Shown here: positions 1 through 10,141 of the stretch, one piece after another
How positions within the stretch are numbered: position 1 is the first letter of the stretch
Layout: the number at the start of each line of letters is the position of its first letter
The notes under the pieces: generated by a model
What the model saw: the letters and a program-made list of their open reading frames with translations, nothing else
What the model was told of the DNA's origin: nothing
Database searches by the model: none
Made by a program: the position numbers and the translations under genes
Source of the DNA: Coprothermobacterota bacterium
GTDB taxonomy: Bacteria > Coprothermobacterota > Coprothermobacteria > Coprothermobacterales > Coprothermobacteraceae
NCBI GenBank assembly: GCA_036679065.1
Contig: JAZIGN010000003.1
Coordinates: forward strand, 256,001 to 320,000
Direction: 5' to 3'
Length of the DNA stretch: 64,000 bases

Positions 1-408
1 TCTGCGCACGCTGGTTCTGAACAACCCACGCAGATGACAGCTGCGAACTGACTCTGAAGACCCCCCTTTGTCTTGACCCTGATGGCGCTCTTTGTTAGCG
101 TGTGGCTATGGAAGTTCAATGATGCGCAACCTATCATGCATTCAAAGCATCCAATGCATTTGTTCATGTTTTTCACCTTTAGTATTTTGGGCACTACGAT
201 TACCTCCCAAGCGTTATTTGTTTCACGATTACATGATAACCTGCTTCTATGCGTTTTGTTGTTTAAACGTTTATGAAACGAGCTTGTGTTTTGTGTTTGA
301 AGTTGTGTGAATGGGCTTACTACACCGTCAAGTGAAGGAGCTCCATTTTAGCCCATAACGGCGCCCGGTTCTTATTCTGTTTTGTGCTAAACTCATGGTT
401 GGTCAACC

Positions 409-1026
409 ATGGGAATGAAAGAGCTGCTTTTCTTGTTCTTTTGTTATTTCTTGGGTTCAGCGAACACGGCTCTTTTTGTAACTTGGGCTGTAAAGGGTAT
501 GGACATAAGACATTTCGGTGACGGGAATGCTGGTTCAACTAATGTGTTTCGCCATGTTAGCAAGCCCTTGGGAATACTTGTTTTCTTTGCAGATTTCCTA
601 AAAGGTATGATCCCTTTCTATGTGGGTTCCATATTGGCGTTACCTGCTTATGTGCTGGCGGTGGGTGGCTCACTTGTCGTTGTAGGTCATGATTTTCCAT
701 TGTTCTTTGGTTTTAGAGGAGGAACTGGCATTGCATCAGTTTTCGGTGGTGTGTTTGGCGCTGCTCCCATGATTGGGATTCAGTTATTCGCATTCATCAT
801 CATGATTTTCTCCGCTTGCTACATATTCCAAGCTCACTTCTTTGGTTTCTCGTATCTCGAAGAAGGTGAGGCCGCTGGTTTTCTGTTTCTCATCTACCTT
901 GTGCTGAGTAACGGCGATTCCATGCTAAAGATGTACTTTTTCCTTTCTCTTCTGGTAATTGTGTTCAGGCAAAAAGAAAAAGTTGTTGAGATATTTAGCA
1001 GCAGGCTACAAAGAGAGAAGCGGTAG
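409..1026 (+). CDS. plsY: Glycerol-3-phosphate acyltransferase PlsY family membrane protein
   Basis: DIRHFGDGNAGSTNVFR, DFLKG and GHDFPLFFGFRGGTGIA match the PlsY motifs; hydrophobic. Confidence 0.8.
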   Translation: MGMKELLFLFFCYFLGSANTALFVTWAVKGMDIRHFGDGNAGSTNVFRHVSKPLGILVFFADFLKGMIPFYVGSILALPAYVLAVGGSLVVVGHDFPLFFGFRGGTGIASVFGGVFGAAPMIGIQLFAFIIMIFSACYIFQAHFFGFSYLEEGEAAGFLFLIYLVLSNGDSMLKMYFFLSLLVIVFRQKEKVVEIFSSRLQREKR

Positions 1027-1078
1027 TTGAATGCATTAACATCTCTTTCAAATGTGAAACAAAAAGTTACTCTTTTCT

Positions 1079-1525
1079 CTAGCTACTCTTTTTGCTCGTA
1101 TAAAAGTAGTCTAAAAACTCAGCGGGCGACAAGATTTTAATTTCGTGGAACTCTTTTAAGGGCAATATGTGTTTTTTATCACCCGAGACTAAGTAATCAA
1201 CCTTTCCAGCTACTGCGCATTCTAATATGTGGTTATCAGTTTTTTTGGCATCAATGATTGATATTGTTATCTCTGGTTCAACCATAATTGCGTATTCGTT
1301 TATGCTCTCTATTACCTGGTCAACCATGTGTTTATCCCAGCCGCAGCGGTTAAGGAGCGTACGCTCTAACTCTTCCTCAATGAAAGGAGAAATATAAACC
1401 TCAATTGACTCTTTCCACATTAGATCCAAAACTTTCCTAGGGATTCCGCCGAAGTGAAGAGCGGAAACAAAAACGTTTGTATCAAGAACTACTTTCGGTT
1501 TTTGTTGTCTATTCCCTTTCGGCAT
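1079..1525 (-). CDS. PIN-domain (VapC-like) toxin
   Basis: VVLDTNVFVSAL, DNHILECAVAGKVDYLVSGDKKH; overlaps the upstream RHH gene. Confidence 0.85.
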   Translation of the reverse strand: MPKGNRQQKPKVVLDTNVFVSALHFGGIPRKVLDLMWKESIEVYISPFIEEELERTLLNRCGWDKHMVDQVIESINEYAIMVEPEITISIIDAKKTDNHILECAVAGKVDYLVSGDKKHILPLKEFHEIKILSPAEFLDYFYTSKKSS

Positions 1526-1823
1526 CTATTATTTCTTCAATCTGATCTTCGGTTATTCCTTTTTCTAAGGCTTTCTGTTCAGCGTAACGATAAATCTGCG
1601 CCCATTTTTCTTCAGCTATGTATCTTCTTATCGCTTCTCTTATCAGCTCACTTCTTGTTCTACTTTCTTGTTTCGCTAGATCGTCTATCATTTTTCTCAT
1701 TTCAGGTGGTACGGAGAAAGTCAGCACCTCTGTTTTCCTAGTGCCACTTCTTTGTGTTCTATCAGGAGAAAGCATCTTAACTAGTATTCTATTGCTTTTT
1801 CTTCTTCCTACCGTTTGATTCAC
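1509..1823 (-). CDS. CopG/ribbon-helix-helix antitoxin
   Basis: LTFSVPPEMRKMIDDLAKQESRTRSELIREAIRRY RHH pattern; GGGAGGTG RBS; upstream of the PIN toxin. Confidence 0.85.
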   Translation of the reverse strand: MNQTVGRRKSNRILVKMLSPDRTQRSGTRKTEVLTFSVPPEMRKMIDDLAKQESRTRSELIREAIRRYIAEEKWAQIYRYAEQKALEKGITEDQIEEIIDAERE

Positions 1824-1846
1824 TTTGTTTCACCTCCCTTGGTGAA

Positions 1847-1863
1847 GTAATACAATGTATTAC
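1847..1863. promoter_or_regulatory. Perfect 7-3-7 inverted repeat, probable TA autoregulatory operator
   Basis: GTAATAC-AAT-GTATTAC just upstream of the RHH antitoxin RBS. Confidence 0.55.
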
Positions 1864-2405
1864 AATACGTTACCTATTAACATTATAGGACAAAAAATAG
1901 TGATGTCAACTACTTTTACAAAGAACGGATAATCGTAACCACTAAACGGCTGACCTAAGGTACTTGAATGAAGGAAAACATTGTGCCACTGAAAATGTAG
2001 TAAGTGGCTTGGTCTAGAAACACCTTGCTGGAGACAAAACACAACCTCTCCAACAACGTCCAAAATTTAGCTTACGCTTTTGCAAAGCGTGAAGTGTAAT
2101 GAATTTCACTTTTAGAGTCATTGGGGGTCTCACTCTGGCAACGTTAACAAGTACATGACATAACATAACTATTTACTGTGTTAGCAACACTTTGCACTTA
2201 GGTGGCGTATAATACTAATTATCTAAACCTGGAAAGCGCATTAGCACACCAGTTAGGAAGCTGCTGCGCGCCAATTATTCAACGGTTGGACAGTAAACAG
2301 TGTTTGGAAGCAGAATTACGGGGGTTTCGCTACATCTAAAGGGATGAAAGGCGTACATTGCTTTTTCTCATAACGATGCGCCCCAGGACAAGGGGTGATA
2401 GAGAA

Positions 2406-3167
2406 ATGAACGGGAAATTGCATGGTAAAGTAGTAGTCATTACCGGAGCAGGTTCCGGCATAGGTAGGGCGGCTGCCCTATTGTTTGCCAAAGAGGGAGC
2501 TAAGGTTGTAGTAGTTGATTACGTAGAGCAGGCGGCTCAAGAAACAGCAAACCTTATTCAAAATGCAGGTGGCAACGCCATCGTTGTTACTGCGGACGTC
2601 TCACGCTGGGATGATGTGTGCCGGGCTGTTGATACGGCTGTACAGCACTTTGGTCGACTTGACGTCATGGTGAACAATGCAGGTGTTTTTGATGAATTCA
2701 GACTTTGTTTGGACACCGATGATAGCCTGTGGGATCGTATTATCAATATCAACCTTAAAGGTGTGTTCTACGGCTGTAAGCGTGCCATTCAGCAATTTCT
2801 TGCTCAAGGTGGAGGAGGAGTAATCGTTAACACAGCCTCAGTAGCGGGTCTGGGTGCCATGGCTGGTGGCACTGCCTACACTGCCTCAAAGCACGGTGTT
2901 ATCGGACTAACCAAACAAATCGCTTGCGAATATGCCAGCCAAGGCATTCGCGTAAACGCGGTGTGCCCAGGAGGCATAGTTACCAGTATGACAAAAGATC
3001 TCATATCCGACCCTAAGACGGATCAGTTGATAAAACAAACCACGCCGCTTGGACGTTGGGGTGAACCAGAAGAAATCGCAGAAGCCATGCTTTTCCTAGC
3101 CAGCGATGCGTCCAGGTACGTGACCGGGGAAGCCATGCGTGTGGATGGAGGCTGGCGAGCAAAATAG
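2406..3167 (+). CDS. SDR family NAD(P)-dependent oxidoreductase
   Basis: TGAGSGIG, NNAG and YTASK catalytic motif; start chosen at the ATG after AGGGGTG. Confidence 0.9.
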   Translation: MNGKLHGKVVVITGAGSGIGRAAALLFAKEGAKVVVVDYVEQAAQETANLIQNAGGNAIVVTADVSRWDDVCRAVDTAVQHFGRLDVMVNNAGVFDEFRLCLDTDDSLWDRIININLKGVFYGCKRAIQQFLAQGGGGVIVNTASVAGLGAMAGGTAYTASKHGVIGLTKQIACEYASQGIRVNAVCPGGIVTSMTKDLISDPKTDQLIKQTTPLGRWGEPEEIAEAMLFLASDASRYVTGEAMRVDGGWRAK

Positions 3168-3432
3168 CACGACTAATTCTTACCGTTTCTATGAACTTGT
3201 GCTTAGCGCATGCATGAAGCTAAGTTATAACTCTGTTGAAGCTAAACCATAATCATGGTTTGATTGTGGTTGTCTTTTAGAAATTCAAGATTGTGTTTTG
3301 CGTCCTGCTTTCATGCTGTTTAGTGCAAAATGAGTCCCTTGGGTGGCATCACAGACAAAACCTCAGCCTCACACTTAGTTATTGGTCAAGCCAAAGTTCG
3401 ATTAGAATATAAGCGGGAAAGGAGGTTGTGCT

Positions 3433-4056
3433 GTGGAAAGTAACAAGAGTGGTTGGTACATTCTCTTGATCGTTTTACTTGCTGGAGTGTTGCTTTCGAC
3501 TTTAAGCTACTTGTCGTCATCATCTTGGAGATGGAAAACTCCACCTGAAGGTTCTAAGCAAGAATACACGTACGACCAAACTAGCCCTGCCTACAATCAG
3601 CCAGAAGAGTCGGAGTCAAAGCCACCTTGGGTAATTAAGCAACCTACACCTCCATTTGCTCCAGTTAAGAGTTGTTATGGAGTTGGGGAAACTGTGGAGG
3701 CTGATGGATTGTCATTCACACTACGGGATGCCTCGGTTTCGCAGTACAATGAGAAGGATTTGGTAGTACTTGACTTCTTTATCGAGGACATATCAAATGA
3801 ACATGAGCATATCTCTTGGGCGAGCTTTGATGCTTTTGTTGATGATTGGGCAGTTGATGCAGAAATATTTAGCTCGGTGCCTGGCCTGTCTATAGACCAA
3901 TTGTTAAGTGCGGATCTAACTCCTGGTAAACGTACACAGGGAAAAGTAGCTTATAAGCTCAATAAAGGATGGAAAGTGTTGGAACTTCAGTACCTGTTTT
4001 ATTCTGATGGTCAAAAAAAGATTGTTTTTTGCGTCACTCCTGACGATGTTAAGTAA
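3433..4056 (+). CDS. Membrane-anchored DUF4352-like Ig-fold protein
   Basis: N-terminal TM helix, Pro-rich linker, GETVEADGLSFT...LTPGKRTQGKVAY; GGAGG RBS. Confidence 0.6.
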   Translation: MESNKSGWYILLIVLLAGVLLSTLSYLSSSSWRWKTPPEGSKQEYTYDQTSPAYNQPEESESKPPWVIKQPTPPFAPVKSCYGVGETVEADGLSFTLRDASVSQYNEKDLVVLDFFIEDISNEHEHISWASFDAFVDDWAVDAEIFSSVPGLSIDQLLSADLTPGKRTQGKVAYKLNKGWKVLELQYLFYSDGQKKIVFCVTPDDVK

Positions 4057-4094
4057 GCTTTACTGGTTTTCTTTAGCAAGAGGTGGTGCGGGAT

Positions 4095-4838
4095 TCAACT
4101 GGCAGTTGTTTGCTGAGCTCTTCTAAATGCAAGCGTCATTCCAAGAATTATCAAAACTTCTCCTGCAAAGAACAAATACCAGTTGTAATGGGCGGGAACA
4201 AACTTGGAAATGATTTGCTGGAAGTTTGGGTCCTTAGCCAGAGCCCATATACTGATGGGCAAACCTTCACTCAAAAGAAAAGCAATGTAGTCCTTTATGA
4301 ATGAATACAATATGACCAGTGCCCCACCTATCATGAGCACCCAGTCAACAGACTTTATCTTGACACTTTTGCCTTTCTGTTGTAGAAGCAGCGTAATGCA
4401 TCCAAATACGATCATGGTCAAAGAACAGATAACAGGCGCGAGTACGGGACTGACCCAAGGTACCGGAATGAAAAACAGCACATCCCAAGTCAGAATTGAT
4501 GTGGGCCAGTCTAAAAATACCTTCAAGAAAACGTAGTAGAAGATGTCCCAAAACCCGAACATGTAAAGGAAGTAAGCAAAACATTGAAGAGCATTCTCGC
4601 CTGTAGCCATGCTAACGCTAACAAGCATGACAATGGTTGCTAACTCCCTTGTTGATTCAACTACAAGAATTCTTGGCGATGCGGGTTTCAAAGGAAGTGT
4701 TAGCCCTTCTGGGTAGTAAAGTTGCCTTAAATAGACTACTACGGCAGCTTCCAGTAATCCCATGGCTATGCCAAAAATCGCCAACGCGACCAGAGTTTTA
4801 CTCTCTTTAGTAATTGACTTTTTCATAAAAATAACCAA
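4095..4838 (-). CDS. Hypothetical integral membrane protein
   Basis: Multiple TM helices; LEAAVVVYLR, RELATIVML, WDIFYYVFL, WDVLFFIPVPWVSPV look like conserved blocks. Confidence 0.75.
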   Translation of the reverse strand: MVIFMKKSITKESKTLVALAIFGIAMGLLEAAVVVYLRQLYYPEGLTLPLKPASPRILVVESTRELATIVMLVSVSMATGENALQCFAYFLYMFGFWDIFYYVFLKVFLDWPTSILTWDVLFFIPVPWVSPVLAPVICSLTMIVFGCITLLLQQKGKSVKIKSVDWVLMIGGALVILYSFIKDYIAFLLSEGLPISIWALAKDPNFQQIISKFVPAHYNWYLFFAGEVLIILGMTLAFRRAQQTTAS

Positions 4839-5440
4839 ACATGTAAGCTGCTCTTTTGAGTAATATTACCAGCTAAGCAATAACTTCTTGTTGAAGTAGT
4901 ATTCTACCTGGAATAATCGTGATGGCTGAACAAAATCAGACTATTGTGACGCACCCAGAAACAATGAGCAAAAAACACGGGAAAGGATCATTAACATACT
5001 CACCTTTTGAAATCTAGTCTACCAGATATCAATTAAACGTAACAGCAAACTATGCACCTGTAATTTTCGTACTGAATCTGTGATATTGGTAAGTTGCACG
5101 CCAGTAGTTACATGTCTTCTATCTGTATATTTATTTTTTGGCAAAGCCGTAAATCCCTTCATAAGTTATAAGCAAGTTCACGTCTATGAAAGTCCCACCG
5201 AAATTAAGTTCCTGAATAATGATGGAGGTGGTTGGTTCTTTACCAATAGTCCATTGCTAGCAAGAAAAATGTTCTCGCACCCACAAAAAAAATATAGTAA
5301 TTTGAATGTTGGCACGTCTCTTTTGAGCAGCTTCCCCGTGAATCCTACTCTAAGGGGCCATCGGAGGAGCTGGTGCTCATCAGAGGACTGGCTGCTTACT
5401 ATATGTGGAAAAGGAGTGATGTATGTTAAGCCTACGTAGC

Positions 5441-7090
5441 CTATTTTTCTTCCACTATGTTTCCTTCTGTTGTAATTACATACGTTCTATCGCAAAAATC
5501 GTTTAGGTTTGTTAGGTGGCTTATGATTATTAAGGTTTTGTCATCAAATTCAGACTTAATAAGCTTTAGGACCAAATCTGCATAATCCTTATCTACAAAA
5601 GCAAGGGGTTCATCTAAAATGTAAACGTCTCCATTGCGGTTAATGCCGCGTAAGAGCTGTATGAGCTTTTTTTCTCCACCGGATAGTTTGCTCCCCGGAT
5701 TTTTCGTAGGAATATCGCAGTTATCTTTTAAAATTGTTTTTACGTCAATACTGCTGCAGCGCTTTTTGGCGCTACTTCCGAAAAGGGTCACGTTTTCCTC
5801 GAATGTACCGCGGAATATATAAGGCTCTTGCGGAACAAGGATGATCTTGTTGCGGAGAGATTCCTTCGTAAATGTTTTGTAGTCGATGCCATTGATAAAA
5901 ATGTTGCCACTGCTTGGAGTAATAATCCGCGTGAGAAGATTACAAAATGTCGATTTTCCACTACCGTTTGGTCCGACAATTCCTATTTTTTCTCTTCTAC
6001 GTATGATTAAGTTGACATTGTTAAGCACCATCCTGCTATCGTAGGAAAAAGAAACGTCTTTAAATTGAATGCTTTCTATAGGCTCTGACAAAACAACTTT
6101 CCCTTCCTGTTCCTGCGGGATTGAAAGCAGTTCCTTTATTCTGTTAACAGAAAGCATGCTTACTTTGAGCTCTTTTGGAAACTGGGTGTAAAATTCCATT
6201 GCTTCCCACAGGTTTGAAAAGTAAATGACAAACGCAAAAAGACTACCGACGGTAAACGTGCCTTTGAAAACGTAGTAACCGCCAAGGATGTATACGATAA
6301 GATTCGCTACGTTCATAATGCCTGTAAAAAGAATAAGGTCGTAGAGAATGTCTAAAGTGGCGTAACTGAGGTTCAGCCCAAGGTATTTACTTAGAAGATT
6401 GGAAAGTCTTCGCGCGAAAATGTTTTCTGCGTTATTTGCTTTGATGTGGTAGGCTCCTGATACGCTCTCTTCGGTAAAGCTGTTAACCTCTTCTTCTGTC
6501 TTAAGCACATTGGATTTTACTGCCTTCATTTTTGGTAAGATTGTCCGCGCTATAACCAAGAATAATGGAAAAAGGACCAATAATGCCGCAGAAAGGACAG
6601 CATTCAACTTGATCATGATCACTGCGATAGCACCGACATAAAAAATGTTTATGAAGAATAACACTGGGTCATGAACGATCAAGTCATTTATGTTTTGTAA
6701 ATCTGCCGATTGCCGTTCAAGAAAGTATCCTGTCTCTTCCTTCCTCACGGAGAGGTAATCAGCATCTAAGATGCGCTGTAGCATGTCTTGCCGAAGGTCT
6801 GCGCTGATAAAAGTTTCAGTACGCTTTTCAAAGTAGTAGCGCAGGAAAAGAACTACAAGAAAAACAACTAAGCCAAGGATGTTCAACTTTGCATAGAAAA
6901 CAAATTCCTTAAAGTTTGTGCCCTTTTCAATAGTATCTACCAGCAACTTAATAAGAATAGGCAGTGCTACAGCGACAAGCTTGTGAAATGCCGTAGAAAG
7001 TATACATAAAACTATATACATGCGGTGTTTACTATAGTAAGGCTTAAAAAAATCGAAGATAAACTTGAAATCTGCAAGAATACCTGCCAT
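5441..7090 (-). CDS. ABC exporter, fused permease and ATPase
   Basis: TM domain followed by GPNGSGKST, LSGGEKK, ILDEP and ISH motifs. Confidence 0.9.
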   Translation of the reverse strand: MAGILADFKFIFDFFKPYYSKHRMYIVLCILSTAFHKLVAVALPILIKLLVDTIEKGTNFKEFVFYAKLNILGLVVFLVVLFLRYYFEKRTETFISADLRQDMLQRILDADYLSVRKEETGYFLERQSADLQNINDLIVHDPVLFFINIFYVGAIAVIMIKLNAVLSAALLVLFPLFLVIARTILPKMKAVKSNVLKTEEEVNSFTEESVSGAYHIKANNAENIFARRLSNLLSKYLGLNLSYATLDILYDLILFTGIMNVANLIVYILGGYYVFKGTFTVGSLFAFVIYFSNLWEAMEFYTQFPKELKVSMLSVNRIKELLSIPQEQEGKVVLSEPIESIQFKDVSFSYDSRMVLNNVNLIIRRREKIGIVGPNGSGKSTFCNLLTRIITPSSGNIFINGIDYKTFTKESLRNKIILVPQEPYIFRGTFEENVTLFGSSAKKRCSSIDVKTILKDNCDIPTKNPGSKLSGGEKKLIQLLRGINRNGDVYILDEPLAFVDKDYADLVLKLIKSEFDDKTLIIISHLTNLNDFCDRTYVITTEGNIVEEK

Positions 7091-7332
7091 GTTTAATTAT
7101 CTGCCTCTCAGTGTCCTAGCTAAGAATTATAAATAGTATAGCCGCATGGACGTGCTACTAATGTTTTTTCTGTAGTAATGAAAAATACGCTGTTAATCAT
7201 GCTTAGAGTTTCATGTTTAGCTGTAATCGGTAGCTTTTGTTCCCTTAAGCTGCGCTCTTAATTTATGAAACATGTACCGGTGGACACACTATAGAATTGT
7301 ATATGCAGTGTATTTTACAGGAGGCGAGAACT

Positions 7333-8415
7333 ATGCCCAGTAACACTGTTCGGGTTGGCATTATTGGCTGTGGAGGCATTGCGTTTGCCAAACACTTGCC
7401 CTATTTATCGCAAATAGATGGTGTGGAAATTGCGGGGTTTTACAACCCAACCGAGGAAAAAGCAAGAAAAGCAAAAGAGCAGTACGGCTCAAAGGATGCG
7501 AAAATCTACCACAGTTGGCAGGATATACTGGAAGATCCAAGCATTGACGTAGTTCACGTGCTTACACCTAACAAATTCCATGCAGAGATGACCATTGCCG
7601 CATTGAAATCTGGTAAGCATGTCATGTGTGAGAAGCCCATGGCAACCAACGCGCAGGATGCTCAGAAGATGGTGGAGGCGGCGAAGAAAAGTGGTAAGAA
7701 GTTCACCGTTGCATTTCAGAATCGGTTTAAGCCAGAGAATATGATGCTCAAGCAATTGGTTGAGCGGGGCGATTTAGGATGGATCTACTTTGCCAAAGCA
7801 AGGGCTTTAAGGCGCAGAGGTGTGCCTACGTGGGGCAGTTTCCTGAACAAGGATATGCAGGGTGGGGGAGCTTTAATAGATATCGGCAGTCATGCTTTGG
7901 ACTTGACTTTGTGGTTCATGAACAATTACCAAGTGAAAAGCGTTGTGGGAACTACCTATAACGTGCTTTCAAAGGAGGAAAATGCGGCAAACCCGTGGGG
8001 ACCTTGGGACCCAAGCAAGTTCCAGGTCGAAGAGTCTGCTTTTGGCTTTATTACCATGGCAGACGGTGCCACTGTGGTAGTGGAATCCAGCTGGGCTCTA
8101 AACACGGTGGATGAAGGGGAGGCACAAACGGTGCTATGCGGAAGTAAGGCTGGGGCCGACAACATATGCGGACTCCGGATAAACGGTGAGGATATGGGCA
8201 GTCTCTATTTAAATGATGTGGAGACACAACTTCACGGAGCTGCTTACTACGAGCCGCACGTAGTAGACCCGGGAAAACTGGAAATGGAGTCCTGGATAGA
8301 AGCTGTAAGGGAAGATAAAGAACCACTAGTAAAACCAGAGCAGGCTTTGGTGGTAACGCAGATCATTGATGCTATTTACCAGTCTGCGGCTACAGGCAAG
8401 CCTGTTTTGTTCTAA
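7333..8415 (+). CDS. Gfo/Idh/MocA family oxidoreductase
   Basis: VGIIGCGGIA, HVMCEKPMA, GGGALIDIGSH; AGGAGG RBS before ATG 7333. Confidence 0.9.
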   Translation: MPSNTVRVGIIGCGGIAFAKHLPYLSQIDGVEIAGFYNPTEEKARKAKEQYGSKDAKIYHSWQDILEDPSIDVVHVLTPNKFHAEMTIAALKSGKHVMCEKPMATNAQDAQKMVEAAKKSGKKFTVAFQNRFKPENMMLKQLVERGDLGWIYFAKARALRRRGVPTWGSFLNKDMQGGGALIDIGSHALDLTLWFMNNYQVKSVVGTTYNVLSKEENAANPWGPWDPSKFQVEESAFGFITMADGATVVVESSWALNTVDEGEAQTVLCGSKAGADNICGLRINGEDMGSLYLNDVETQLHGAAYYEPHVVDPGKLEMESWIEAVREDKEPLVKPEQALVVTQIIDAIYQSAATGKPVLF

Positions 8416-8533
8416 ATACGTCCGTCGCAAAAAAGAGAGGGCCTGCCCCCGTGACCCACTGTGAGAGGTGCGCGAGGGCAGGTGAGAAGGGCCGGTTCTT
8501 ATTCCCAACGTGGGAGGTGTGATAGCCCAGTTG

Positions 8534-9625
8534 TCATGGGAGCAAGAAAACTCCCATTTTCTCTGCGTCAACCCATTGGGCTTGCAGAGAACTGCTTCTT
8601 AGGTTCCCTTTGTAGGATGTAATGCCAAGCTGTTTGGCATAAGCTGGATCAACCATGAATCGACCATCCTTAAGCGAAAACTTGGAGTAATCCACCAATG
8701 CACCATTAAGCGAGGCGATTTTGGCCTTGTTTGATATGAAAAGCACTTTGGCATTGGGTTTTTGCTGGGCCACTTTCAAATAAAGTTCTGCCATGCCTTG
8801 GGTCAGACGGGGCCCTGCTCTAAATACCCAGTCGTCATTAAAGGAAACAAGTTTGCCTTGCTGGACTGCTTTTAAATCACTCCAGGGTTTTCCTTTAAAA
8901 GAAGCTGCTTCCCCGCTCATGGATTTTTCCGGATAGAGAATGTAATCAGGGTTAAGTTTGAGCAGTGTTTCCTCGCCCAACGTGGGCCATGGTTGGGTGT
9001 AGCTGCCTGTAACTGATACTAAGCCTACCTGATTGAGAACGTCATTTATGAAGGTGTCTTTGCCCACGCTCATGGGCGGATCATGCCACAAAAGCAGCAG
9101 CACCCTAGGATGCTGGCCACCCAGTGACTTTAGCGCTACAGGCATGAGTCTAATTTGTTCTTCAAGTTTCTTGGCTTGGGCTTCCTTCTGGAAAATGAGC
9201 CCCATGCGATGAATTAGCGATGACACTTCACTCACTGACTGTGGATCAGCAATGAATACGTTCCAGTACTTCTCCATGATGTCGTAGGTCTCTTTCCTAA
9301 AGCTAATGGTGCCAATGATTAGATCAGGCTTCTTGGTCAGCAGCAGTTCAATGTTGGGTTGGGTGTAGTCGCCCATCACAGGTACATTCTTCACTTCTGG
9401 TGGGTAATCATCCACGGGGGTGCGACCAATTAAACTGCCTTGAGCTCCAATAGCATACAGGATTTCCGTAACATTGGGAGCCAAAGAAATAACACGCTTG
9501 GGCACACTGGTGAATGTTAAAGTCTTACCCACATCATCTGTTACTTTCACCGCTGCGGAAGCAGGTAATACAAGCATAGTAGCCATTAGCAGCAGTGCAA
9601 CAACACGCGAAAACCGAGTCCTCAT
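8534..9625 (-). CDS. btuF: Cobalamin ABC transporter substrate-binding protein (BtuF-like)
   Basis: Signal peptide, VTDDVG, RVISLAPNVTEILYAIG, RAGPRL; upstream cobalamin riboswitch; AGGAGGTG RBS at the 9625 start (the longer ORF runs through the riboswitch). Confidence 0.85.
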   Translation of the reverse strand: MRTRFSRVVALLLMATMLVLPASAAVKVTDDVGKTLTFTSVPKRVISLAPNVTEILYAIGAQGSLIGRTPVDDYPPEVKNVPVMGDYTQPNIELLLTKKPDLIIGTISFRKETYDIMEKYWNVFIADPQSVSEVSSLIHRMGLIFQKEAQAKKLEEQIRLMPVALKSLGGQHPRVLLLLWHDPPMSVGKDTFINDVLNQVGLVSVTGSYTQPWPTLGEETLLKLNPDYILYPEKSMSGEAASFKGKPWSDLKAVQQGKLVSFNDDWVFRAGPRLTQGMAELYLKVAQQKPNAKVLFISNKAKIASLNGALVDYSKFSLKDGRFMVDPAYAKQLGITSYKGNLRSSSLQAQWVDAEKMGVFLLP

Positions 9626-9671
9626 GAGATCACCTCCTTTGTCCTCGCAAAAGAGGCTCGGAAGTAACAGA

Positions 9672-9860
9672 TCAGGCAGGTCTCCCGGCTTCCGGATCAA
9701 CGCTCGGTCCTTGCCTTCCCAGCAGCCTTTTATTGGTGCCAGTGGCATTCGTACCTTGGACTTCGCTCCCCGGTCACGGTTGCGGGACAGCGCCGGATTC
9801 TCACCGGACTTCCCTTTTGGCCCATGCCTCAAAAAAGGCATAGTCACCTGACCCGGTACT
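9672..9860 (-). promoter_or_regulatory. Cobalamin (AdoCbl) riboswitch
   Basis: Minus strand reads AGGTG...AAAAGGGAAGTCCGGTGAGAATCCGGCGCTGTCCCGCAACCGT...GCCACTG...GGGAAGG...AAGCCGGGAGACCTGCC (B12 box). Confidence 0.95.
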
Positions 9861-10141
9861 TAGCTCCATTATAGAACATAAAATGCAACTGTTCAACAAT
9901 AAATCATGGGTAAGCTATATTTCATATCCGTTTGCTCTTTCGAAATTCCAACAGTTCGTGCTAGTGCACTCTTTTTTAAGCAGTAGGCGTCTAAGCGCTT
10001 GCGCAAGCCATATGTTTTCTGTGCAGAGTTGTAAATAGTTTCGCAAAAAGCGCTCATGGATTATGATATTAACGAGCTACGGACTAGGGAGCACTTGGGT
10101 GGTTAGAAGAAGCATATACAGTTACCTCGAAAAGGAGGGGC

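Noticed and set aside
5316..5390. GC-rich stem-loop with GTGAATCC resembling part of a c-di-AMP riboswitch
   Set aside because: The other conserved elements are missing and there is no credible downstream gene on that strand
9626..9847. 74-aa N-terminal extension of the BtuF-like ORF
   Set aside because: It reads through the cobalamin riboswitch; the real RBS and signal peptide start at 9625
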